Shown here: in pieces, positions 38,133-46,417 of the stretch
Layout: every line of letters begins with the position of its first letter
Position numbering within the stretch: position 1 is the first letter of the stretch
DNA from: a virus
Lineage: Duplodnaviria > Heunggongvirae > Uroviricota > Caudoviricetes
Virus record (IMG/VR): IMGVR_UViG_3300031344_000001
Strand: one strand, 5' to 3'
Length of the DNA stretch: 64,000 nucleotides
Position numbers and translations under genes: made by a program
Notes under the pieces: generated by a model
Databases searched by the model: none
Told to the model about the DNA's origin: nothing
What the model saw: the letters and a program-made list of their open reading frames with translations, nothing else

Positions 38133-39110
38133 TCAAACGCGCCGCGAGCGGAGCGCGTCCCCCACGACGTCTTCGAGGGAGCGCCGCGGGCGCCAGTCGA
38201 TCTTCTCGGCAGCGCGTCCCGCGGCGGCCACGAGCACGGCTGGATCGCCCGCGCGCCGGGGACCCACCGCGTGCGGGACGCGGCAGCCCGTGACGTCCGC
38301 GACCGCAGCGAGCACCTCACGCACCGTCGAGCCCCGCTCAGATCCGAGATTCAACTCTCCGACGACCTCACCACGCTCGAGCGCGGCGATCGCCGCGAGG
38401 TGGGCGTCCGCGAGGTCCTCCACGTGGACGTAGTCGCGCACGCACGTGCCGTCACGCGTCGGGTAGTCGTCGCCATGGACGACGAGCGGCGGACGGCGGC
38501 CGATCGCGGCGTCGATCGCCAGCGGCACGAGGTGCGTCTCCGGGTCGTGGCGCTCGCGCAAGGAACCGTCCGGGTGCGCGCCGGCCGCGTTGAAGTAACG
38601 AAGTGCCGCCCAACGGACCCCGCGGGCGTGCCCGTACGCGGCAAGCACGACCTCGGCCGCGAGCTTGCTCGCCCCGTAGGGACTGATCGGTCGCCGCGGG
38701 GAGTCCTCGACGATCGGGGATCGTCCTGGCTGCCCATACACCGCCGCGCTCGACGACAGGACGAAGGCGAGTGGACGGCTCGTCGCCGATGTCGCGGCGT
38801 CGAGGAGCGCCGTCGTCTTCGCGAGGTTCTGCTCGAAGTAGAGCGCCGGATCACGGACCGACTCGTCGACGCGGATCCGCCCCGCGAAGTGGACGACCGT
38901 CCCAACGTCCCGCGTGTCCACGAGCCGTCCGACGAGTTGCGCGTTGCTAACATCGCCCACGAAGCGTTCGATCGCGTCTGGAAGCCGTGGCCACGTCGGC
39001 GACGTCGAGAGGTCGTCGATCGCAACGACGCGGTGCCCCGCCGCGTGGGCAGCACGCGCGAAGTGCGACCCGACGAAGCCCGCGGCACCCGTGACGAGGA
39101 TCGTCGTCAA
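38133..39110 (-). CDS. galE: UDP-glucose 4-epimerase
   Basis: GAAGFVG, HFAG, SSSAAVYG, PYGASK, LRYFNAAGA, TCVRDYVHV. Confidence 0.92.
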   Translation of the reverse strand: MTTILVTGAAGFVGSHFARAAHAAGHRVVAIDDLSTSPTWPRLPDAIERFVGDVSNAQLVGRLVDTRDVGTVVHFAGRIRVDESVRDPALYFEQNLAKTTALLDAATSATSRPLAFVLSSSAAVYGQPGRSPIVEDSPRRPISPYGASKLAAEVVLAAYGHARGVRWAALRYFNAAGAHPDGSLRERHDPETHLVPLAIDAAIGRRPPLVVHGDDYPTRDGTCVRDYVHVEDLADAHLAAIAALERGEVVGELNLGSERGSTVREVLAAVADVTGCRVPHAVGPRRAGDPAVLVAAAGRAAEKIDWRPRRSLEDVVGDALRSRRV

Positions 39111-39305
39111 GACTTCGACCTTTCAACCCCCATGCTTATCCGGTCTCCCATCAGGTGCGCCTGATCGCGTCACACATTTCGCATTGCTGCACACGGCCTC
39201 GTACGAGCCATTTCCACCAGTGGCCGGTCAGCCAACAATAGGGACGCAAGAGATGACTCATGTTCTAGCGCCTCGGCTGGGTAACCGGATATGGCACGCT
39301 TTCAG

Positions 39306-40250
39306 CTATGCCCCGCTGGGAGCACCAGGCGGACGCACGCCTGGACCGCCTGGACCGCCTGGACCGCCTGGACCGCCTGGACCCCCGCCCTTCTGCTCGG
39401 GCGGGTTGAGCAGGTTCACGATCTCCATGAACAGGATCTTCTGGGACATGTCCAACATCTGCATGAGTGCCCCCTTCTGGTCCTCACGCAGCGACGCGAG
39501 AAGCTCACCGATCAGCATCGCGAGAGGCGTCGCCCCCTGCGATTCGCCGCCGGTCCCGATCTTCGCGGCGACGACCGTACCGAGTTGGAGAAGCTTCTGG
39601 AACCCGGCGTTGGTGCGCGCGTTCTTTTCCGCAGCCATCGCGATCTGAAACTCGCGGTCCATCTTGTTCGAGCGCGCCTCCTCCAACTCCTTGCGCAGGG
39701 TCGCGCTCTCCGCCGTCAGCGCCGCAACCTGCTCGTGCAGGCTCATGTTCTGCTGACCGAGCACGCGGATTGTGCCCTCGAACATCTGCGCGTTGATGCG
39801 CATGAGCTGGCTTGCGTGGCTCGCGATCACCTGCTGATCGCGTCCGCCGCCTCCGCCGCCTCCGCCGCCTCCGCCTCCGCCGCCTCCGCTGGGCACCATC
39901 GACGTCTCGTCACTGCCGATGTAACCCGGGTAGAGCGCGAACGACAGCGACGCCTTGGTGCTCCCGTGCTGGCGCGTACGCACCACGAAGCGGTGCTTGC
40001 CGGGGGCCTTGGCATCCGCCTCGCTCTCAGCGATGTCGATGATCTGGACGACGAGCTTCTCGATGTTGACGAACTCGGCGAAGAACTCAGGCTCGTCGGC
40101 GCGCTCCCACTTGCGCACTTCCTCGTCGCGAAAACCTTGGCCCGGTGAGTAGAGCAGGTCGACACCAACGAGCTGGCGGTTGTCCTTGCGCGCCCACTCG
40201 CTCATGAGGAAGCCCAAGATCTTGCCGTGGATCTCCGCGGTGTCGGCCAT
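39306..40250 (-). CDS. hypothetical coiled-coil protein
   Basis: 314-aa ORF with Gly linker, heptad region and GGP repeats. Confidence 0.78.
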   Translation of the reverse strand: MADTAEIHGKILGFLMSEWARKDNRQLVGVDLLYSPGQGFRDEEVRKWERADEPEFFAEFVNIEKLVVQIIDIAESEADAKAPGKHRFVVRTRQHGSTKASLSFALYPGYIGSDETSMVPSGGGGGGGGGGGGGGGRDQQVIASHASQLMRINAQMFEGTIRVLGQQNMSLHEQVAALTAESATLRKELEEARSNKMDREFQIAMAAEKNARTNAGFQKLLQLGTVVAAKIGTGGESQGATPLAMLIGELLASLREDQKGALMQMLDMSQKILFMEIVNLLNPPEQKGGGPGGPGGPGGPGGPGVRPPGAPSGA

Positions 40251-40315
40251 GCGACCCTTTTAACACGGCCCTCTCGTGCACCCCTCAGTGCACCCCTCAG
40301 ACACAGATCTCGGGT

Positions 40316-41104
40316 CTACCTCACACTCTCGTGCAACTCCTCGCGCAAGATCTCCCTCAGGGCCTCACGATCCTCAGAAACCCGCGCCCTCGTGGCGAGG
40401 TTGCGAAGCCCCGCGTAGAGCCCTGCCGCCCCCATGATCGCGACCGCCGAGAGCACGCCGATCTTGAGCACGCCGAGGATCGCCGTCGCCTCCGACCCCT
40501 TCCCCTCCGCGCCCTTCTGCCAGATCGTCTTGGGGAGCGGCACGAGCTCGGCGCTCTGGAGAATGATGCCGTGAGCGCGTGCCAAGCCACGCAGCTGCTT
40601 GAGCCGGTTCCACCACTCCTCGAACGTCTCCCAGGTCGTGGCGACCTTGGCCCACCACGATCGCCGCTCGTGCGCGACGAACTCGTTCCACTCGTCGATC
40701 GTCGGCGTCACGTCCGCGGCGAACCACTGCACGTTCGCGGTCGCGTTTGGATGATCCTTGTTGGACGTCTGCCACACGGCGAGGTCGTCTGCGAGCGCGC
40801 GAAAACCCGTCGACAGCTGCGCGATCGCGCGGTCGCGGTCGGCGACCGTGTGGAACAGCTCCTGACCGATCTCGGTCACCGGTCTACCAGCCTCCGATCG
40901 TCCACCGATCGCGCGCGAGGCTGTCCACCAGCGATCGGCCCCACGCCCGGCCTGCGCCACGTCGTCTACGATCGGCAAGATTGGACGGAGAACCGCGCCG
41001 ACTGTCCGATCGCGAACGTAGTCCACCGCGTGGTCGGTACCCCAGCCGAGAGCCCAGTGCCGATCGCGGTCGAGGGGCCCGTAGGTGCCCCGCTCACGGC
41101 TCAT
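40316..41104 (-). CDS. membrane protein (RGTYG motif), related to 45043-46056
   Basis: ATGA coupling; Trp-rich helical domain followed by TM. Confidence 0.75.
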   Translation of the reverse strand: MSRERGTYGPLDRDRHWALGWGTDHAVDYVRDRTVGAVLRPILPIVDDVAQAGRGADRWWTASRAIGGRSEAGRPVTEIGQELFHTVADRDRAIAQLSTGFRALADDLAVWQTSNKDHPNATANVQWFAADVTPTIDEWNEFVAHERRSWWAKVATTWETFEEWWNRLKQLRGLARAHGIILQSAELVPLPKTIWQKGAEGKGSEATAILGVLKIGVLSAVAIMGAAGLYAGLRNLATRARVSEDREALREILREELHESVR

Positions 41105-41556
41105 GGCAGTCTCCCGCGACGCGCGCAGTGCCCGTACTCACCGCGAACGTTTTCAGCCACGCGGGAGGCGCTGACCGCAGCATCCTTCCACACTTCAATC
41201 CCGGCGCGCTTGAACAGGTCCATCGCCTGGTCAGCGAGACCCTGGATCACGTCTCCGCGGATCCACAGGTTCACGTCCGCGCGTCCCCCTGCCTTGACGC
41301 GCGCGATCGCTTCGTCGAGCGAGTAGATCTTCGCGCTGGGGTCGTCATCGCGCAGGCGAAAGATCATCGGTCTCCCTGGGGACGAGGGGCCCTGCATGAC
41401 GAACGAGAGCCGCCTCTGATCCTTGGGTCGCGACACCGCCCCGCCGCCCCCGCCGCCGCCGCCGAAGCCCAGTCCCGTGACAAGGAGGTACAGCCCAAAG
41501 CCCACGACGCCACCGAGCGCAACCTTGCCGAAACCTTCGGTCATCGCGTCAGTCAT
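41101..41556 (-). CDS. membrane protein (C-terminal RGEYG)
   Basis: N-terminal TM; ATGA coupling. Confidence 0.72.
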   Translation of the reverse strand: MTDAMTEGFGKVALGGVVGFGLYLLVTGLGFGGGGGGGGAVSRPKDQRRLSFVMQGPSSPGRPMIFRLRDDDPSAKIYSLDEAIARVKAGGRADVNLWIRGDVIQGLADQAMDLFKRAGIEVWKDAAVSASRVAENVRGEYGHCARRGRLP

Positions 41557-42284
41557 CCGCCGAGGACTCCCTTCATGATCGGGTCGATCTTCTCCCAGAT
41601 CTTCGAGCAGGTCACCAACCCGAAGTACCCGCCCTCACCCGTCGAGACGATCAGCTTCAACTCCAGGACCCTCGGATCCCAGACCGCGTGGAGCTTCACG
41701 TCGTACTGGTGCGTCTCGATGTCCCAAGGGTTGTCCCCAACGACCGACATGCCCTCGGCGCGCAACCGCGCCAAGAGTTGATCGACGATCTGTGAGGAGA
41801 CCCCCGCGTACGATCGGACACCGCACTGCCCCACGCCGAGGTGCGCCAACGCCTGCGCGATCTTCTCCGAGCGCGCGAGCACCTGCGCGGCGCTCTTCAC
41901 GACCTCTTGCCGCTCAGCCTCCGTCCTCGCGTTCTTGGCCGCTTCGGCAGTGTGCTTCGCAGCTACCTGGTTCGCCGCCGTCGCCGCCACCGCATGGTCG
42001 GCGCTCGCGTCCACCGCGGCCTGCGCGGCAGCGTGGTGAGCGTCCGCGACGGCCTGCGGCGCGCCGGGGGTCTGGCGCGTAGCGTCGGCCACCTGCGCGT
42101 GGTTGCCCGCGGTCACGGAGGCCGCGCTCGCATTCACGAGGTGCGCGTCCGCCGCGACGTGCGCATCGTGCGCGGCGCGGATCGCACGCGCGTAGGCGTC
42201 GACGCGCGTGTGCACGCGGGGGGAAAACTCGTACACCGTCAGCCCCACGCCGAGGCCGAGTGCGAGGAGGATCAAAAGGCTCAC
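41553..42284 (-). CDS. membrane-anchored Ala-rich protein
   Basis: N-terminal TM; GTGA coupling. Confidence 0.72.
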   Translation of the reverse strand: MSLLILLALGLGVGLTVYEFSPRVHTRVDAYARAIRAAHDAHVAADAHLVNASAASVTAGNHAQVADATRQTPGAPQAVADAHHAAAQAAVDASADHAVAATAANQVAAKHTAEAAKNARTEAERQEVVKSAAQVLARSEKIAQALAHLGVGQCGVRSYAGVSSQIVDQLLARLRAEGMSVVGDNPWDIETHQYDVKLHAVWDPRVLELKLIVSTGEGGYFGLVTCSKIWEKIDPIMKGVLGG

Positions 42285-42487
42285 GGTACGCTCACAATCT
42301 CGTCGAGGAAGTCGCGCGCGTCGACCTGGGCGACCGCGAAGCTCCCGTCAGGGAGCCTCTTGTGCGACGCCTCGCGGAGCTGCTCCACCGCGTGCGCGGC
42401 CGATCGCGACGCCGCGGCGGAGTCACCTCCACGATCGAACGAGACCGCGTAGCTCGCCGCCCACACGAGCCTCTCCCCGTCCGTCAT
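42281..42487 (-). CDS. small hypothetical protein
   Basis: MTDGERLVWAASY; coupled at both ends. Confidence 0.55.
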   Translation of the reverse strand: MTDGERLVWAASYAVSFDRGGDSAAASRSAAHAVEQLREASHKRLPDGSFAVAQVDARDFLDEIVSVP

Positions 42488-42720
42488 CAGCGATACCTCC
42501 GACGACGACCACTCGAGGGCTCCGTCCTCATCTCCAGACGAGCGCGATCTTCGGCACCCTCGCGCGCTTGCCGGGCGTTGTAGTTCTCGATGCAGTCTCC
42601 AAGGTAGACCGTCCTTGCGCATCCCGACGACGCACGGAACTCTTCGGGCGTGAGCGAGCCGCGCCGCTTCCCGTCCGCGCTCTCGATGACGACCAGGAAG
42701 TCCTTGAACACGTCAGCCAC
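42487..42720 (-). CDS. small hypothetical protein
   Basis: GTG start VADVFKDFLVV; TGATG coupling. Confidence 0.45.
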   Translation of the reverse strand: MADVFKDFLVVIESADGKRRGSLTPEEFRASSGCARTVYLGDCIENYNARQAREGAEDRARLEMRTEPSSGRRRRYR

Positions 42721-42731
42721 GCGCGAGCTCC

Positions 42732-43133
42732 CTACTTGAACTTCTCGGCGATGAGCCCGAGACCGCCCCACAGCGCGGAGTGCGCGAAGTTGACGCAGCC
42801 TTCGGAGGCCCGTGCGAGTGCGTCGCCCTGCCCGTAGTCCCACGACCGCGAGCGAAGCAACTCGCGATCGATCTTGCAGCCCGCGTACTCGACCGCGGTG
42901 CCGAGGATGGCGTAAGCAACGCCCCGTGCGAGCGTCGGCCAGCTCGAGAGGTACGGCGCGGCGCTCGTCATCGCGACGCCCCCCACCGCGTAGACCGGCA
43001 GGAACGGGACCCGGTGGCCGCGGAACAACGCCGAGTACCGGTCGTGGTCGCCAAGCGCGTTCTCCGCCACCCACCCCGCGACACCGAACGCCGTCGCCTT
43101 GGCGATAATTTCTCCGACGTTCGACTTGCTCAT
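42732..43133 (-). CDS. multi-pass membrane protein (putative ABC-permease/CmpB-like family)
   Basis: GWVAE, PFLPVY.VG, TAVEY..G, WDY, S.LWG. Confidence 0.7.
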   Translation of the reverse strand: MSKSNVGEIIAKATAFGVAGWVAENALGDHDRYSALFRGHRVPFLPVYAVGGVAMTSAAPYLSSWPTLARGVAYAILGTAVEYAGCKIDRELLRSRSWDYGQGDALARASEGCVNFAHSALWGGLGLIAEKFK

Positions 43134-43177
43134 GATCTCGCCTTCCTTCGCGACTTCCGCTCGTCAACCCGCGACCT

Positions 43178-44728
43178 TCACCCCCACGCGCCGCTAGCGG
43201 TAGCGATCCCCCGATGGATCGGGGGTCCCTCGACTGGGGCAACGTACGCGGTGCCGACCTTCTCGTTGAGAGGGTGGGGCCACAGGATGTCGTCCTTGTC
43301 GAAAATCGCCGCGTACGTGAACGACTCCGGCTCGGTCGTCGCCGAGCCGAGCCAGTTGTCCGCTGCGTCGGCGTCGCGGAATCCGCGCGCCTGCCACACT
43401 CCCCGCGCGGTACGGATGACGCCCACGACGCCCGCGTTGTTCGCTCCCGCGATCGACTGCGCGTGGGTGCGCACGTCGTCGATCGCAGCGCCGACGATGT
43501 CGTACCAACCGCCGACCGTGTCCACGAGCTGGTACCACGCGCCCACCGGCGCAGGGGCAGCTGCCGCTGGCGGTGTGTGGTTGATCCTGCGCGCGGCGTG
43601 GAGGACCGCCTTGGCCTCGTGGTCCCCACGGGCGGCTGCCGCCCGAAGGCTGGTGAGCGCCTGCCGCGCCTGCGTGTTGCCCGCCTTGGAGTCCTTGATG
43701 ATCTGCGCGACCTGGTAAGCCGGAGGGTAGCCGGAGACCGTGGCGCAACTGCCGTCGCCGCCACCGCCACCGCCACTCAGCGCACCGCCGAACGCGGACA
43801 GCGCGCTCTGAAGGTCCGCCGGAAGGGCGTCCCCCCCACTGCCGCTTCCAGTCACGGCCGACGTCGCCAGCGGCAAGAACTTCTGCACCGCCGCCGCCAT
43901 CGTGTTCGGTGTCGCGGGGACCGCGGGCACGTGACCCAGCGCCGCCATCGTCACCTGCGAGGCCGCGTGGTGCGCGGCATCGAGCGCGGTCTGCACCGTC
44001 GGGTTCGTCTTCGCGACCTGCTTGGCCTTCGCCACGGTCTTCTGTGCCGCCGCTTGCGTCGCCGGGTGCCCGCCGGGCGCGGCGTCGATCAACGAGCCCG
44101 TGAGCTGCGCGGCGATCGGGCCAGCCGCCGGACCTCCGATGGCCGTCGCCGCCGCCCCTGCGGCGATCGATGCCGGCCCCTTGAGCGACTTCAGGGCTCC
44201 TCCAACGGCGTTCGCCGCGCCGCTGAGCGCGTGCCCAATGTCGCCGAAGAAGCTTCCGACATCGACACGGTGACCGCACCCGTGCCGATCGGCAAGCATC
44301 CCGATCAAAGCGTCACCGGCCACGCCGACCGCCCGGTCAACGGAGGCCACCACGTCCGCGGGTTGCGCGGGGTACAGCCCCCTGGGGTCAGCGTGCGACT
44401 GCGAGAGCTTCGCCAGGATCATCGAGATCGCCGGCGCGAGGTCCATCGACGTGCGATAGCACTTGCCATCCACGCAGATCTCCACGTGCAGGACCTGGCG
44501 CTCGTCGAGCTCTTTCTTGAACGTGATGCCGTTGCTCATGGACGCTCCTGCGTTCTCGGCGCCGATGAAGGCCCCGTCAAACAGTTGTCTCGTCGTCCCG
44601 TCGCCTTCACCGTAGTGGATCCAGCTCGGGACATGTTGGTTGAAGGGATGCTGGTATACGGGACGCGGCAAGACCACGTCGCCGTACTCGTCGATCGCGA
44701 TAACGCGCCAGGGATCAAGGCTATTCAT
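43178..44728 (-). CDS. putative virion protein with C-terminal YAAxFD domain
   Basis: 516-aa Ala/Gly-rich ORF; GGWYDIVG; C-domain shared with 46418-49189. Confidence 0.75.
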   Translation of the reverse strand: MNSLDPWRVIAIDEYGDVVLPRPVYQHPFNQHVPSWIHYGEGDGTTRQLFDGAFIGAENAGASMSNGITFKKELDERQVLHVEICVDGKCYRTSMDLAPAISMILAKLSQSHADPRGLYPAQPADVVASVDRAVGVAGDALIGMLADRHGCGHRVDVGSFFGDIGHALSGAANAVGGALKSLKGPASIAAGAAATAIGGPAAGPIAAQLTGSLIDAAPGGHPATQAAAQKTVAKAKQVAKTNPTVQTALDAAHHAASQVTMAALGHVPAVPATPNTMAAAVQKFLPLATSAVTGSGSGGDALPADLQSALSAFGGALSGGGGGGDGSCATVSGYPPAYQVAQIIKDSKAGNTQARQALTSLRAAAARGDHEAKAVLHAARRINHTPPAAAAPAPVGAWYQLVDTVGGWYDIVGAAIDDVRTHAQSIAGANNAGVVGVIRTARGVWQARGFRDADAADNWLGSATTEPESFTYAAIFDKDDILWPHPLNEKVGTAYVAPVEGPPIHRGIATASGAWG

Positions 44729-44806
44729 GGGCGCTACCTCCCCGCATCATACAGGCGCCCGTCGCCGCGATCCTCTTCTTGGCGCTTCGGCTCCAACGAC
44801 GGGCGT

Positions 44807-45046
44807 TCACGGGCGCATTCCGTACTGACCCCGGACGTTCACGCCCTGCGCGTTCGCCTGGGCGAGCCTGCGCGCTCGATCGCTGTCGGCTCGGCCCCGC
44901 GCGACGAGCGCCTTGGCCAGCGCGTACGTCCCGACCACGAGCACGCCCGCACCGACGAGGTGCCCCGGACCGAACGACTTCGTCGAGAAGAAATCGGTCG
45001 TGAACAGCGGGTGCTTCGGCGATGGGGGACGCACCGACCACTTCAT
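44807..45046 (-). CDS. small membrane protein (RGQYG)
   Basis: TM segment; ATGA coupling. Confidence 0.6.
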   Translation of the reverse strand: MKWSVRPPSPKHPLFTTDFFSTKSFGPGHLVGAGVLVVGTYALAKALVARGRADSDRARRLAQANAQGVNVRGQYGMRP

Positions 45047-46056
45047 CCGAGAGCCCCCTCCCCCGCCGGTAACTCCAGGCGATCAGGTCCCGAGAGAGCC
45101 GCGCGCGGCGTGCGCCGCCGCTGGACCAGGTCCACGTACTTCTGGGCAGGATCCTGGCCGCTGCGCAGGTTCGAGGCGACGCTCGACAGCGCGACCACAG
45201 CGCCGATCCCGAGCGCCCCCCACAGCCCGTACTTGAGGAGCTTCCAGACGTCCCCGATGCCCTCGCCGGCCTTCTCGGCAGCTTTCTTGCCGAAATCGCG
45301 CGCGTCCTCGGGGAGCGTCGTGGCGGGCTTCGTTGGCGGGGGCGTCATGAAGCTCAGGCCCATGCGCTCGGCGGCACTCCGCAGGCTGACGAGCTTGTCA
45401 TGCCAGCTGACGATCTCGTTGGTCCACGAGGTGACCTTCATCCGGTTCGTGTACGCGACGTAGGCGTCCCCGAAGGTGAGATCACCCCCGAGCATCTCGT
45501 GCTTGAACGCGGTGAACCGATCGAACAGCGGGCTCGCGACGACCGTCCACCACACGTACCAGGCGGGGTGCTGCTTGACGCGCTCACCCGACCCCACGTA
45601 GGGGAGCACGCCGATCTGGCGGCCGATGTCCGCGTAGGCCGCGTCGTAGTCGGCGGCGAGCTGCTTGACCGCGTCCTCGATGTCCCCGACGGAGTGGTAG
45701 AGGAAGTTCCCCAGGTAGACCGCGCGTGCGCGCGGCGACAGGTCCCCGGAGCTAACAACCTGCGCCGCATCGAAGTCAGACCGCGCCAGCGGGTTGTCCT
45801 GCTGCTCGCGCGTCACCGTAACCTGGCCGTGCGGCGGCGGCGCCGCGCGTGCGGCCACCTCTTGGGCGACCTGGTAGCGGATCGACAGCCAGCGGTGCAT
45901 GAGCATCCGGTCGAACTCGTTGCTCGGGTCGAGTCGACGTGTCGAATCGCCGCCGATCTCGTCGAAGAAGCGACGATCGGTCTCGCGATCGATCGCGACC
46001 TCCAGCGGGTGCCGCGCGCCGACCACGGCACGCCCATAATGCCCGCGTGCGTTCAC
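45043..46056 (-). CDS. membrane protein (N-terminal RGHYG)
   Basis: DRETDRRFF...LDP motif, helical domain, C-terminal TM. Confidence 0.75.
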   Translation of the reverse strand: MNARGHYGRAVVGARHPLEVAIDRETDRRFFDEIGGDSTRRLDPSNEFDRMLMHRWLSIRYQVAQEVAARAAPPPHGQVTVTREQQDNPLARSDFDAAQVVSSGDLSPRARAVYLGNFLYHSVGDIEDAVKQLAADYDAAYADIGRQIGVLPYVGSGERVKQHPAWYVWWTVVASPLFDRFTAFKHEMLGGDLTFGDAYVAYTNRMKVTSWTNEIVSWHDKLVSLRSAAERMGLSFMTPPPTKPATTLPEDARDFGKKAAEKAGEGIGDVWKLLKYGLWGALGIGAVVALSSVASNLRSGQDPAQKYVDLVQRRRTPRAALSGPDRLELPAGEGALG

Positions 46057-46409
46057 CGCGTCCGCTCCGGGATCGTGGTGTTCGTCGGCGTCTTGCCCTC
46101 AGGCAACAGCTTCGCCGCCTTCCAGCCGAGCATCATCGCGATCGTGTCGCCCGTGATGTTCTGCCACGTGTCCTGCGTCGAGTTCGGCCAGATCTCGGGC
46201 CACGCATCCTTGAACTGCCTCTCGATCACGAGATCCCAGAAGAGACCGCTCGCGAGCATGCCCCACCACGGCAGCCGCGCGAGACCGCCGAGCACGCCGA
46301 ACGCGGCGTGCCCCGCCGTGAAACGGTCCACGAAGCCATAATTGTCCTCGCCGGGCAGCGCCGTGCGCTGCTGACCGACGAGGGGCGTGCTGTAGCTGCC
46401 GCGATTCAT
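46053..46409 (-). CDS. small membrane protein
   Basis: AAGGAG SD; DRFT.GH, WD..IE, DT..N..GD. Confidence 0.7.
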   Translation of the reverse strand: MNRGSYSTPLVGQQRTALPGEDNYGFVDRFTAGHAAFGVLGGLARLPWWGMLASGLFWDLVIERQFKDAWPEIWPNSTQDTWQNITGDTIAMMLGWKAAKLLPEGKTPTNTTIPERTR

Positions 46410-46417
46410 GGATCTCC

